From NCBI GenBank assembly GCA_963681965.1, contig OY820579.1, positions 3,936,001-4,000,000 on the forward strand: a stretch of 64,000 nt of DNA, read 5' to 3'. Under the pieces are notes generated by a model. The model made no database searches. It saw only the letters and a program-made list of their open reading frames with translations, and had not been told where the DNA came from. This document shows positions 37,173 to 46,974 of this stretch, piece after piece. Source of the DNA: a bacterium (GTDB lineage: Bacteria; Electryoneota; JAOADG01). Each line of letters starts with the position of its first letter. Positions within the stretch are counted from its first letter, which is position 1. The translations under genes were made by a program, and so were the position numbers.

Positions 37173-39008
37173 TTGAAACATATCCATAAATTTCTTTTCA
37201 GTCTGATCACGATCCTCCTGGTATCGAATGGATATGCCTTTACCTCGTTGCTTCCCCGTCCCGATCCGATTCGGGTATTGGTAATTTCACCTGCCGAATC
37301 CGACTGGTACGAAATGGGTACTAATCGCATTCACGGACCGAATCCATTTCATAATTACCGTCCCGAAGCAACCGTCGATAGTGTTTTCGAATTCGATTTT
37401 ACGACCGAAACCAACTTCGATAAATTAGCACGCGATTACAATGTTATCGTTGCGAATAACACCGCATTTCTTTCGAAACGGCAAGCGAAGATATTGTCCG
37501 ATTTTACAGCCAAGGGTGGTGGTCTGCTGCTAGCTGGTGAAGTATCCTGCTACGACCGGAATCGCAAATTCACCGATTACGACTATATTTCGAAAATGAT
37601 TGGCGACGAACCGGCGCGCACCGAGATGGTTCGTCATGTCCCTGCCGCGTTGCGGATTCGTTTTGGCGCTCCCGGCACACTGAATTTGGCACCTGGTTTG
37701 ATGCTGGGTTTTTCACCCACGAAAAAAGTACTCTACCTGAAATCATTGAATAATAGCCAGCCGATTGGCTATTGGGCGGAAGACGAATACACCGAATCCG
37801 ATCCGCTCTCGATACCGCGGTTAATCGGAATGGCAGCACGATCGTATAAGAATGGTCGGGTCGTCTGGTATGGCGGCGATCTACAAGATTTTTACGACGA
37901 CGAAGCGAATAAACGGTTTGTACAGATTCTCAATCGTGATCTGCTCTATTGGTTAGCCGGTCGCGCCAACGCGAGTATCGCTCCTTGGCCCGATGGAAAA
38001 AAGACGGCGATTCTGATTCACGGCGATATCGAAGATCAATTCGAGAAAGTCATGAATTTGATGCCGGTACTCAAAAAATATAAAATTCGCTCGACTTTCA
38101 ATATCCTAATGGATGTCGGCGATAAATTTCCCGAAGTGATCGTCGCGATGCGCGAGACCGGAGCCGAACTTGGTATTCACGGCGATGTTCACGACGCGTT
38201 TGGCGGTCAACCATTCGAACTGCAAAAACAGCGCATCACCACCGTACAAGATTTCGTCGAACGATTTGGACCGCGTCCGAAGGGTCTCCGCCCTCCGACG
38301 ATTTCATACGATGCGAATACTCTTCGTGCCGCTAAGGACTGCGGTCTGATTTACGTAGCCGCCGACGAGGATCCCGATCGGTACTATCCCCGACTCGTGC
38401 CCTATTTCGCCGAAGATACCACTGCGGGGTATGTAGTAGTCTATCCCAAATGCGAGTTGGATGACTACGATTTGATGGTCCGATTCGGACTGCTGGACAA
38501 CAATCAGATTGTCGAGATGTGCCTTACCGACTATGACCTGATCGACGATTGCGGTGGATTATATAAATTCAATTACCACAGTCAGTACCTAGCGAAAAAA
38601 GAATTCATGCCGTCGATCGACAATTTATTCGCAAAGATCACCAAGGAAGATCACTGGATTGCACCACTCGTCGATATCTCGACCTGGATTCTGAAACGGG
38701 CGTATCTGAATGTTCAATCGACCCAATCCGACAGCGCCTTCACGGTCCTTGTGAAAAACTACGGCACCGAAACGGTGAATGGTGCATCGTTAGTCGTTTC
38801 ACCACCAGCTACCTTCCCACTGAAAGAGATCCATGTCGTAGCCGACAATCAACGATGCTACACGAAAATCGACAATGGAAACCTGATTTTTTCGCTTCCT
38901 ACTATCAGTCCCGGACAAGAGACATTGGTTCAAGTCATTCTTCCCGGGCAACCCGGATACGATCTGAAAACATCGTACCTCGAATCATCCGGTCGTACCG
39001 ACCGATAA
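37173..39008 (+). CDS. Exported polysaccharide deacetylase (CE4/NodB-like) with N-terminal GATase-like domain
   Basis: Signal peptide; KGGGLL..GE domain; HGDIED, ELGIHGDVH (HxxxH), GLRPP, FNYH. Confidence 0.8.
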   Translation: MKHIHKFLFSLITILLVSNGYAFTSLLPRPDPIRVLVISPAESDWYEMGTNRIHGPNPFHNYRPEATVDSVFEFDFTTETNFDKLARDYNVIVANNTAFLSKRQAKILSDFTAKGGGLLLAGEVSCYDRNRKFTDYDYISKMIGDEPARTEMVRHVPAALRIRFGAPGTLNLAPGLMLGFSPTKKVLYLKSLNNSQPIGYWAEDEYTESDPLSIPRLIGMAARSYKNGRVVWYGGDLQDFYDDEANKRFVQILNRDLLYWLAGRANASIAPWPDGKKTAILIHGDIEDQFEKVMNLMPVLKKYKIRSTFNILMDVGDKFPEVIVAMRETGAELGIHGDVHDAFGGQPFELQKQRITTVQDFVERFGPRPKGLRPPTISYDANTLRAAKDCGLIYVAADEDPDRYYPRLVPYFAEDTTAGYVVVYPKCELDDYDLMVRFGLLDNNQIVEMCLTDYDLIDDCGGLYKFNYHSQYLAKKEFMPSIDNLFAKITKEDHWIAPLVDISTWILKRAYLNVQSTQSDSAFTVLVKNYGTETVNGASLVVSPPATFPLKEIHVVADNQRCYTKIDNGNLIFSLPTISPGQETLVQVILPGQPGYDLKTSYLESSGRTDR

Positions 39009-39041
39009 ATTGTGTCATATTTTCGATTGCGAGAGGCGAAA

Positions 39042-42000
39042 GTGAGCACTTTCAAATTTGATTTACGAGCATTTGCTTTGCCGAGCTTGCTATATCTTTT
39101 GCTGGTGGTGGCAGTGTGCTTTCCACTACAGTCGTTTGCAGTTCGCGATTGGACTGCTAATGACGATGCAATCATCGGGATACCCTCTGCCGAAGAGATG
39201 CCGTTGACCTATCGGACGCTGGATAACGGACAGTACGCCTTTCGATTCGAACGCCCAGTGCTGAAGCGAGAACTTGTTCAAGCGAACGGAAGCGCATGGA
39301 CGTTGCTCTCAATCGATGGTGAAACGAAACGATGGGAAATTGGCAAACCATCGTTACCACTGGTCGTTCGAAGTATCCTCCTCCCCAATAAAGGAAATAT
39401 CGAAGTAAAGATCGTCTCGTCGAAATTTGAAGAATTCAACAATATCGATGTGCTGCCGCAGCAACCGATGACTCTGGACAAAGTACCGTTTGTAACCGAT
39501 GAAAAAATTTATCGAACCGACCAGTGGTTTCCGGAAAACATCGTCGAAATCTGTCCTCCGGCAATCATGCGCGATGCGCGTGTAGCGCCGTTGGCGTATT
39601 CACCAGTTCAGTACAATCCTGTAACCAGAAAACTTCGGATCTATACCGAAGTGAATGTTGAAATCATTCCTAGTGGTGGGCAGGGCATTAACGAATTGAC
39701 TTCTTTACCTCGACCGGCACCCAGTTTTGCCTCGCTGTACCGGAACATCATCGGTGCCGATGAGTTGACTGAAATCAATCAACAAGCCACTCCCGGTCAA
39801 ATTCTGATGATTGCGCGCAATCAAACTACAGTAACGACAGCACTGAATTATTTGATTGAATGGAAGAAATTGAGTGGACACCCGACTCAACTTGTAACGG
39901 TAGATGCGAATGCCACTGCCGATCAGATTCATCAAATTATTGCCACCGCTTATGCATCCTACAATCCACCATTGGAGTATGTGATACTAGTCGGTGAAGG
40001 CGGTACTACCGGCACGATGCTCCCCTCGTATTTTCAATACACCGAGTGGTCCGATCACCCGTATATGGAAATTGTCGGCAACGACCGACTCGCCGATGTT
40101 TGTGTTTCCCGCTTCTCGTTTTCGCAGATGACCGAATTGCAAACGATGGTGAATCGCTCGGTCATTTACGAAAAGACCCCGCCAACCACCGATACTACGT
40201 GGTTCACGAAAGGGTGGGGTTATGCGGGGTATTCACACGATGTGTATTCTATTCCTCCGGCAATCCGATTTTGTATTTCGATGATGAATCAGCGTGGGAT
40301 CAATACTGTCCCGTATGACGAACACAACGGTCGGGTCGATGCCGGATTGATCAGTACCCGGTTATCGCCCGGAGCGACCTTCTGGGCGCATCGTCCGGCA
40401 TGGATTGGCGAAATTCTGCCAGCCGATTTTCAGAATTTGAATAATGTCGGCAAGCCGTTCGTCGCATTCAATTTGACTTGCGAGAGCGGAGCGTGGTATG
40501 GTGAAACCGTCACTGGTGTACATGAGGCACTGACACGACTGGGAACACCATCGCAACCGAAAGGCGCAATTGCCGCGATGGCTACCGAAACAAGTCACAC
40601 TCACCCCTCGCCGAACAACTGCGTGATCACCGGTGGTTTTCAAGCACTCGGTATCAACAACGCAATTCACCCCTCGGAAATGTATCTGGCAGGCAAGTAC
40701 CAACTCTGGCGTAATTTCTCAGCCTATTCACCAGCAGTCGTCGATAGTTTTTCGAGTTGGAACAATATCATGGGCGACGCTTCCACAATCATGTGGACTG
40801 CCGCTCCGCGCACGCTTTTGGCAGTGATGCCGCAACAACTTGGCATCGGCGACAATCGGTTTGGCGTATCGGTCACAGTGCGCGGCAATCCGGCACCGAA
40901 TGCATTAGTGACGGCATGGAAGCGAAACGGTAGCGGCGTGAATGAGACCTATACTTCGGTTCGAACCGATGAATTGGGCAATGCACTACTCACTTTGACC
41001 AACGCGACTGCCGGAAATATGTATGTCTCGGTTACTTCGGGTGAATCGGGTCTGAATTACAAAGCGTTCCTCGATACCGTAGTGATCGCGCAAGCGACTG
41101 CTGATTTGGCGTTATCGAGTGTCACCGTAAACGATACTCCGGGCGGTGGAATTATCGGTAACAGCGATACCCAAGCAAATCCCGGTGAAACGGTCGAATT
41201 GCAAATCCGACTAACCAATGTCAGCGCGACATCGGTGACGGGCATAAGCGGTACACTGCTCTCGCTCGACTCGCGGATCGCGGTAGTCTCCAATACTGCG
41301 AGCTGGCAGGATCTGGCGAGCGGCGCATCGATCGTCAACACCGGCTCGCTGCGCGTACAGATGCATCCAGCCTTGCATGACAATGAGATTATACCGCTCC
41401 GACTGAATGTGAATTCAACGGAAGGGTCGCTCTCGTTAACCGTACCGTTGCTGATCAGATCATTGGCATCGGCGTTTGTTTCCGATACGACAATCGGCTC
41501 GGCTAGACTCAATCCCGGTGCGACAGCTCAACTAGCGGTGACACTGAAAAATAATGGTGGATTGGCTCTCTCGACTCCGACCACAGCGACACTAACCTCA
41601 CTCAATCGATTTGTAACGGTGGGAAGTGCGACTGCAAGTTTTTCCTCAATTCCTTCTAATGGAATCTTTTCCAATCTTGGTGGAGTCACTTGGACGGTTA
41701 GTGCAAGCAGTGCCGCAGTACCCGGCACTCAGGCGAGTTTTCAAATCGTTCTTGCGAATGGTGCTGTTCGCGACACCTTATTTTTTACCAAGACAATTGG
41801 AACGGTTCGAACAGTCGATCCGACTGGTCCCGACGGTTACGGTTATCGTGTGTTCGACGATACCGATACCGAATACAACCAGATGCCAACCTATCAGTGG
41901 GTCGAACTCCGTCCCGACCTTGGTGGCAGTGGCACGCGATTGAATATTCCCGATATCCAAGTGGAACACGATACATCACTCGTTATCCGGTTGCCATTCA

Positions 42001-44288
42001 CAATCCAGTTTTACGGAATCCGATACGATACACTTTCTGTCTGCTCCAATGGCTGGGCGGCATTCGGCAATCAACCGTTATATAACAATTTCCGCAACTG
42101 GCGGCTTCCGGCAAATGAAGGTCCGCGCAATATTCTTGCAATCATGTGGGACGATCTGAGTTTCGATACGACTCAGCATCAAGGTGTTTACTACTATTAC
42201 GACAATGCCAACCATCGCTTAATTCTGACGTGGTGGGCACGCACGAATACTGCCGATTTGGATCCCAATGAATTCCAGATGATTCTGTACGATCAGCAAT
42301 ACTGGCGAACACCGACCAACGATGCACCGATCGTGTATCAATACAAGACGCTGAATAATGTCAATGAATTCGATCCGCTGGAACCGAATTACGGCACCAT
42401 CGGGATTGCCGATGCGAATTACCGGAATGCGCTGGAATATTCGTATTACGGTCGGTTCTCTACCGGTAGTTCGACGCTCGCAAATGGAACGAATGTAAAT
42501 CGCGCAATTAAGTTCACAACTTGTTATGCCGATTCGATGCTGCACTTGATCGCACCGACATCGACCGATTCGCTGTTGATTGGATATCCCGCTCAAATTC
42601 TTTGGAGTGGTCGACCAACGCTGGGAACCATCAATATCGAAATCGATCGTAACTATCCCTCCGGCACTTGGGAACCGATCCTGACGGGAACTCCGAACGA
42701 TGGATTCGAACTCTGGACGGTAACCGGCACTGCGACAAACAATGCCCGGTTTAGAATTCTCTCGACCAATTCGACTGACGGCGACACGTCATTGAAATCG
42801 ATCACGATGATGATGCCGCAACCGTTTCTCGATCTTTCGGTTCCGAACGGTGGCGAACTCTGGACGGAAACGACAGAGCAACTGATACTATGGAATCACC
42901 CGCCGATGATCGGAACGGCAAAGATTGAATTGAATCGGGAATATCCCTCGGGAAATTGGGAGACGATCGTCGATTCAATCGATGTAAACTCCGGTGTTTA
43001 TGGGTGGACTGTCTCAGGTCCCAGTACGACCAGTGGTCGCGTACGGATCTCTTCCAATGCATTTGTCGGGGTTGGCGACACTTCCAATAGTGAATTTGGT
43101 ATCGTCTCACCGTCACATCTGAGTTTCTCGCCTTCGCCGAATATTATCCACCTCTTTCCGGCTGATACTTTCCGTCAGAGCGTTTCACTCAGCAATAGCG
43201 GGGGATCGGCATTTACCGGAACCCTGACGCCAACTCTGGGAATTGAAGGGTACGGATATCTTGAGAATGGCGATCCGGGTGGACCGACATACCGCTGGGT
43301 CGAAATCAGCGAAGAAGGCGATTGGATGGAATGGGGCGACGATAATGTTTCCGACGTGATCAATTTACCCTTCACATTTCCATTTTACGGAGAACAATTT
43401 ACGACTGCCTATATGTGCACGAACGGGTGGGTCTCATTCAGCGATCCCGATGGGATCGGATCGCACATGAATCGAGTCCTCCCCTATTTCGAATTCGGCG
43501 CATTTGTACCGGTTTATTGGGATCATGTCATTGTTCCAGAAGGTGGCAATATCTACTACTCCGACACGATCAATCATCGGGCGATCTTCGAATGGAAAAA
43601 TTGCTGGGTGGCACGCGATACCACAGCGCGATTGACCTTCGAATTGATCATTTATCCCAACGGAACTATTGATTACGTCTATTCCCAATTGTCGGTGGGA
43701 CGTGCAGATCAAACGATCGGTCTGCAAGGTCCCGGTGCCACGCCGGTATTCAATATTTATCAACATCAGCAGATTACGACTCCGCACATCATTCGATTCT
43801 CGAATATGCATGCTTGGGGAACACCGAGCACTACGACACTCTCGGTACCGGCGGGTGGAATTCAGTATTTATCGATTTTGTGGGATTCACACGGGTTTGC
43901 CCTCAATAATGTTTTGAATGGTTCGGTAACGATTGCGGGATTTGCCGACAACACACCGTATGTGATCCCGATGACCATGAATCTCGATGGCAATGCCGTC
44001 GGCGACGATCCAGTAGCGCTCCCGACCACGACGAAATTGTTGCAGAATTATCCCAACCCATTCAATCCCGAAACCGAAATTCGGTTCCAGTTAAATCAGA
44101 CGAATGAAGTTCGACTCGTAGTCTTCGATATTCTCGGACAACCGGTACAAACGCTGGTAAACCGTTCGTTAACTCCCGGCGAGCACCGCTACCGATTCGA
44201 TGGTTCGAAGGTTGCTGCCGGGGTTTACTTCTACCGGTTACAGGCAGGAAACTTCACGCAGACACGGAAAATGGTACTCGTGAAGTAA
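39042..44288 (+). CDS. Second C25 gingipain-like peptidase with T9SS-type CTD (paralogue of 24942-30167)
   Basis: Colinear motifs GKPSLP, VILVGEGG, WAHRPAW, NLTCESG, NNIMGD, PTGPDGYGY, NYPNPFNPET..KMVLVK; GTG start after GAGG. Confidence 0.88.
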   Translation: MSTFKFDLRAFALPSLLYLLLVVAVCFPLQSFAVRDWTANDDAIIGIPSAEEMPLTYRTLDNGQYAFRFERPVLKRELVQANGSAWTLLSIDGETKRWEIGKPSLPLVVRSILLPNKGNIEVKIVSSKFEEFNNIDVLPQQPMTLDKVPFVTDEKIYRTDQWFPENIVEICPPAIMRDARVAPLAYSPVQYNPVTRKLRIYTEVNVEIIPSGGQGINELTSLPRPAPSFASLYRNIIGADELTEINQQATPGQILMIARNQTTVTTALNYLIEWKKLSGHPTQLVTVDANATADQIHQIIATAYASYNPPLEYVILVGEGGTTGTMLPSYFQYTEWSDHPYMEIVGNDRLADVCVSRFSFSQMTELQTMVNRSVIYEKTPPTTDTTWFTKGWGYAGYSHDVYSIPPAIRFCISMMNQRGINTVPYDEHNGRVDAGLISTRLSPGATFWAHRPAWIGEILPADFQNLNNVGKPFVAFNLTCESGAWYGETVTGVHEALTRLGTPSQPKGAIAAMATETSHTHPSPNNCVITGGFQALGINNAIHPSEMYLAGKYQLWRNFSAYSPAVVDSFSSWNNIMGDASTIMWTAAPRTLLAVMPQQLGIGDNRFGVSVTVRGNPAPNALVTAWKRNGSGVNETYTSVRTDELGNALLTLTNATAGNMYVSVTSGESGLNYKAFLDTVVIAQATADLALSSVTVNDTPGGGIIGNSDTQANPGETVELQIRLTNVSATSVTGISGTLLSLDSRIAVVSNTASWQDLASGASIVNTGSLRVQMHPALHDNEIIPLRLNVNSTEGSLSLTVPLLIRSLASAFVSDTTIGSARLNPGATAQLAVTLKNNGGLALSTPTTATLTSLNRFVTVGSATASFSSIPSNGIFSNLGGVTWTVSASSAAVPGTQASFQIVLANGAVRDTLFFTKTIGTVRTVDPTGPDGYGYRVFDDTDTEYNQMPTYQWVELRPDLGGSGTRLNIPDIQVEHDTSLVIRLPFTIQFYGIRYDTLSVCSNGWAAFGNQPLYNNFRNWRLPANEGPRNILAIMWDDLSFDTTQHQGVYYYYDNANHRLILTWWARTNTADLDPNEFQMILYDQQYWRTPTNDAPIVYQYKTLNNVNEFDPLEPNYGTIGIADANYRNALEYSYYGRFSTGSSTLANGTNVNRAIKFTTCYADSMLHLIAPTSTDSLLIGYPAQILWSGRPTLGTINIEIDRNYPSGTWEPILTGTPNDGFELWTVTGTATNNARFRILSTNSTDGDTSLKSITMMMPQPFLDLSVPNGGELWTETTEQLILWNHPPMIGTAKIELNREYPSGNWETIVDSIDVNSGVYGWTVSGPSTTSGRVRISSNAFVGVGDTSNSEFGIVSPSHLSFSPSPNIIHLFPADTFRQSVSLSNSGGSAFTGTLTPTLGIEGYGYLENGDPGGPTYRWVEISEEGDWMEWGDDNVSDVINLPFTFPFYGEQFTTAYMCTNGWVSFSDPDGIGSHMNRVLPYFEFGAFVPVYWDHVIVPEGGNIYYSDTINHRAIFEWKNCWVARDTTARLTFELIIYPNGTIDYVYSQLSVGRADQTIGLQGPGATPVFNIYQHQQITTPHIIRFSNMHAWGTPSTTTLSVPAGGIQYLSILWDSHGFALNNVLNGSVTIAGFADNTPYVIPMTMNLDGNAVGDDPVALPTTTKLLQNYPNPFNPETEIRFQLNQTNEVRLVVFDILGQPVQTLVNRSLTPGEHRYRFDGSKVAAGVYFYRLQAGNFTQTRKMVLVK

Positions 44289-44310
44289 GGCATTTCAAGT
44301 ACTTTTGACG

Positions 44311-44345
44311 ACACTCGATCCGATCACGGGTCGAGTGTTTTTATT
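44311..44345 (+). terminator. Rho-independent terminator
   Basis: ACACTCGATCCG-atca-CGGGTCGAGTGT followed by ttttatt. Confidence 0.7.
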
Positions 44346-44395
44346 ATCATGATACCATTGCCTTGCAACGACTTTGTTTAGGCTGAAATGGTGAC

Positions 44396-44524
44396 TCTTG
44401 AAAATTAGACTCGGTTATCGGCTTGACCAAACATGTACAGACAAGAGTGTCTGTACCTACAAAAGCTACCTGCGGGCGGATACGGGGATCCGCCCCTGCT
44501 ACCGATAACAACTAATTTTCAAGA
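44396..44524. repeat. 129-bp modular REP element with perfect 13-bp terminal inverted repeats
   Basis: TCTTGAAAATTAG ... CTAATTTTCAAGA; minus strand GCAG+GGGCGGAT..ATCCGCCC and GTAG+GTACAGACA-CTCT-TGTCTGTAC. Confidence 0.85.
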
Positions 44525-44785
44525 GATACTCGATAACCCTGAATATCGAGCCGATTCGATTGCATCGGAGCTTCCTCACCCCTACATTTAGCACGTTAGT
44601 GGCGTTCTGAAAGCCGTAAATCCCTTACTACCTATTCCGGTTTCTATGCCATCACAAATGCTGCATCCTTTCGACCCACCACCGCTCGATCCGTGCGGTG
44701 AAGTGATTGCTACCCCCGCTTTCTCCAGCTTGTTACCGACGCTACCACAATCATCGAATTTGTTACTTTTTCCGGGAGTATACGC

Positions 44786-45742
44786 ATGAATGAAGTTGTC
44801 GCTGGTCTCGATATCGGTGGAACCAACAGTGCCATCGGCATTGTCGATCGTTCGGGAAATTGTCTTTCGTCCAGTGTCATACCGACTGCGGCTTTTGCGG
44901 AAGTAGACCAATTTGTCGCAGCGGGCGAGCAAGCGATCCGCGAATTGCTCCACAATAATCCTGAATGGAAATTGGCTGGGATCGGCATCGGCGCTCCGAA
45001 TGGAAATTATTACCGCGGTACGATCGAATTCGCTCCGAATCTCCACTGGAAAGGGATCATTCCACTAGCTGATTTATTCGGTAAACGGTTCGGTGTCAAA
45101 AGTGTCTTAACGAATGATGCGAACGCCGCCGCCATTGGCGAGATGATCTTCGGCGGTGCAAAGGGGATGCGCGATTTCATCATTATTACGCTCGGAACCG
45201 GTGTCGGCAGCGGGATCGTAGTCAATGGCGAGCTTGTATATGGACACGACGGCTTTGCCGGTGAAATCGGTCATACGATTTACGACCCGAACGGACGCGA
45301 CTGCGGTTGCGGACGAAAAGGGTGTCTGGAGACCTATACTTCGGCAGGTGGTATCAAAAGAACGCTGTTCGAATTGATGGGTCAGCGAAACACCAAATCG
45401 AGTTTTCGCGGCAAGAGCTTCGACGAAATCACCGCTGCCGATATTGCGACTGCGGCAACAGCAGGCGATGAACTGGCACTGGAAGCGTTCGATATCACCG
45501 GAAAAATTCTCGGCTTGAAACTGGCGGATAGTGTGGCACATACCAGTCCGGAAGCTATTTTCCTGTTCGGCGGTCTGGCGAAATCCGGGAAGTTGATCTT
45601 CGAACCGACGCAGCGCTATATGGAAGAGAATATGCTCAACATCTTCAAGAATAAAGTGAAACTACTGCCATCGCTGCTGAAGGAGGAGAATGTCGCGATC
45701 CTCGGCGCAGCGGCACTGGCATGGAAAGAGTTGGATAAATAA
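44786..45742 (+). CDS. ROK-family sugar kinase (glucokinase/mannokinase-like)
   Basis: GLDIGGT, GIGAP, NDANAAAIGE, TLGTGVGSG, GEIGH, CGCGRKGCLE. Confidence 0.93.
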   Translation: MNEVVAGLDIGGTNSAIGIVDRSGNCLSSSVIPTAAFAEVDQFVAAGEQAIRELLHNNPEWKLAGIGIGAPNGNYYRGTIEFAPNLHWKGIIPLADLFGKRFGVKSVLTNDANAAAIGEMIFGGAKGMRDFIIITLGTGVGSGIVVNGELVYGHDGFAGEIGHTIYDPNGRDCGCGRKGCLETYTSAGGIKRTLFELMGQRNTKSSFRGKSFDEITAADIATAATAGDELALEAFDITGKILGLKLADSVAHTSPEAIFLFGGLAKSGKLIFEPTQRYMEENMLNIFKNKVKLLPSLLKEENVAILGAAALAWKELDK

Positions 45743-45764
45743 TGTTCATCCGATTGAGGTTGAA

Positions 45765-46931
45765 ATGAAACTGTGGTATCTCCCGATTGCAATATCGTTT
45801 GCCGCGATGGCTTTCGCTCAACCGAATTTCGATCTTGAGCAGACACACTTAGCATCGCTCGACGAAATGCAAACCTATCCCTGTTATAAAACTGATTCAC
45901 CGATCGTGATCGATGGCGATCTTTCCGAACCCACTTGGAAGGAAACACCGTGGAGTCGCGCCTTCATCGATATCGAGGGGAAAGCGAAACCGTTACCGCG
46001 TTTTCAAACCAATATCAAGATGCGGTGGGACGATCAATATTTCTATATCGCTGCAATGCTTCAGGAGCCGCATGTCTGGGGAACCATCACGAAGCGCGAC
46101 GAAGTGATTTTCCGCGATAACGATTTCGAAGTATTTATGGATCCTGACGGCGACAATTTTGAATATGGCGAATTCGAGATCAATGCACTGAATACCGGTT
46201 GGGATTTGTTTCTACCGAAACCGTACAAAGATAACGGTCAGGCGGACAATAGCTGGGATATATCCGGAATTAAGACGGCAGTGAAAATTATCGGTACGAT
46301 CAACGATCCGTCGGATAACGACGTCGGTTGGATGGTAGAGATTGCAATGCCGTGGAAATCGCTGTCAAGAATTTCACATACCGACAAAGCACCAATCGAC
46401 GGTCAGCAATGGCACATCAACTTTTCACGTGTCGAATGGACCACGAATATCGTCGATGGCAAATACGTGAAAGTTGCCAATCGAGCGGAAGACAATTGGG
46501 TCTGGAGTGCTCAGCGCAAGATCAATATGCATCTGCCGGAAATGTGGGGGATTGTTCAATTCTCGACCAAGCCGGTCGGGACCAAATTACGGATAGAGGA
46601 CTGGTATAGCAGCGAACGCGCAACATTGCATTTGTTTTATTATGCTCAGGTTGAATATCAGAAAGAAAACAAAGTTTATGCCGATCAGCTAAAGCAATTG
46701 TCAAGGTCTGAATCGTCGATTTTACACTCTTTTTCGAATCAACCAATTAATCGCAATTCAAAGACACCAATTCAGGAGTATCCATCTCACGATTCGGAAC
46801 TGACGTTGAAAACCAATGCGACAAAGGATCAGTACATTATTACAATGCCGTGCACCGATCGGCAAGGTAATCCGATGCAGGCAAGTATCAATCAAGATTC
46901 GCACTTTACCGTCGAACCGGTTAAAAAGTAA
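45765..46931 (+). CDS. Exported CBM9-like (DOMON-type) sugar-binding protein
   Basis: Signal peptide from ATG 45765 (after GAGG); IDGDLSE..W, FIDIEG, DNDFEVFMDP, EFEINALNT.WDL, W.VEIAMPW, NFSRVEW, NWVWS, MH.PEMWG. Confidence 0.85.
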   Translation: MKLWYLPIAISFAAMAFAQPNFDLEQTHLASLDEMQTYPCYKTDSPIVIDGDLSEPTWKETPWSRAFIDIEGKAKPLPRFQTNIKMRWDDQYFYIAAMLQEPHVWGTITKRDEVIFRDNDFEVFMDPDGDNFEYGEFEINALNTGWDLFLPKPYKDNGQADNSWDISGIKTAVKIIGTINDPSDNDVGWMVEIAMPWKSLSRISHTDKAPIDGQQWHINFSRVEWTTNIVDGKYVKVANRAEDNWVWSAQRKINMHLPEMWGIVQFSTKPVGTKLRIEDWYSSERATLHLFYYAQVEYQKENKVYADQLKQLSRSESSILHSFSNQPINRNSKTPIQEYPSHDSELTLKTNATKDQYIITMPCTDRQGNPMQASINQDSHFTVEPVKK

Positions 46932-46974
46932 CAACGATTTCATTCACTTCTTTTCGTAACGACATGGAGCAATC

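Noticed and set aside
11469-44524. CRISPR array or tRNA from the repeated hairpins
   Set aside because: Copies are dispersed singly with no repeat-spacer periodicity, no cas genes and no cloverleaf or T-loop motif.
44646-44789. 47-aa upstream ORF ending in an ATGA overlap with the ROK gene
   Set aside because: No Shine-Dalgarno and no recognisable motif. The TGA arises automatically from the ROK start ATGAAT.
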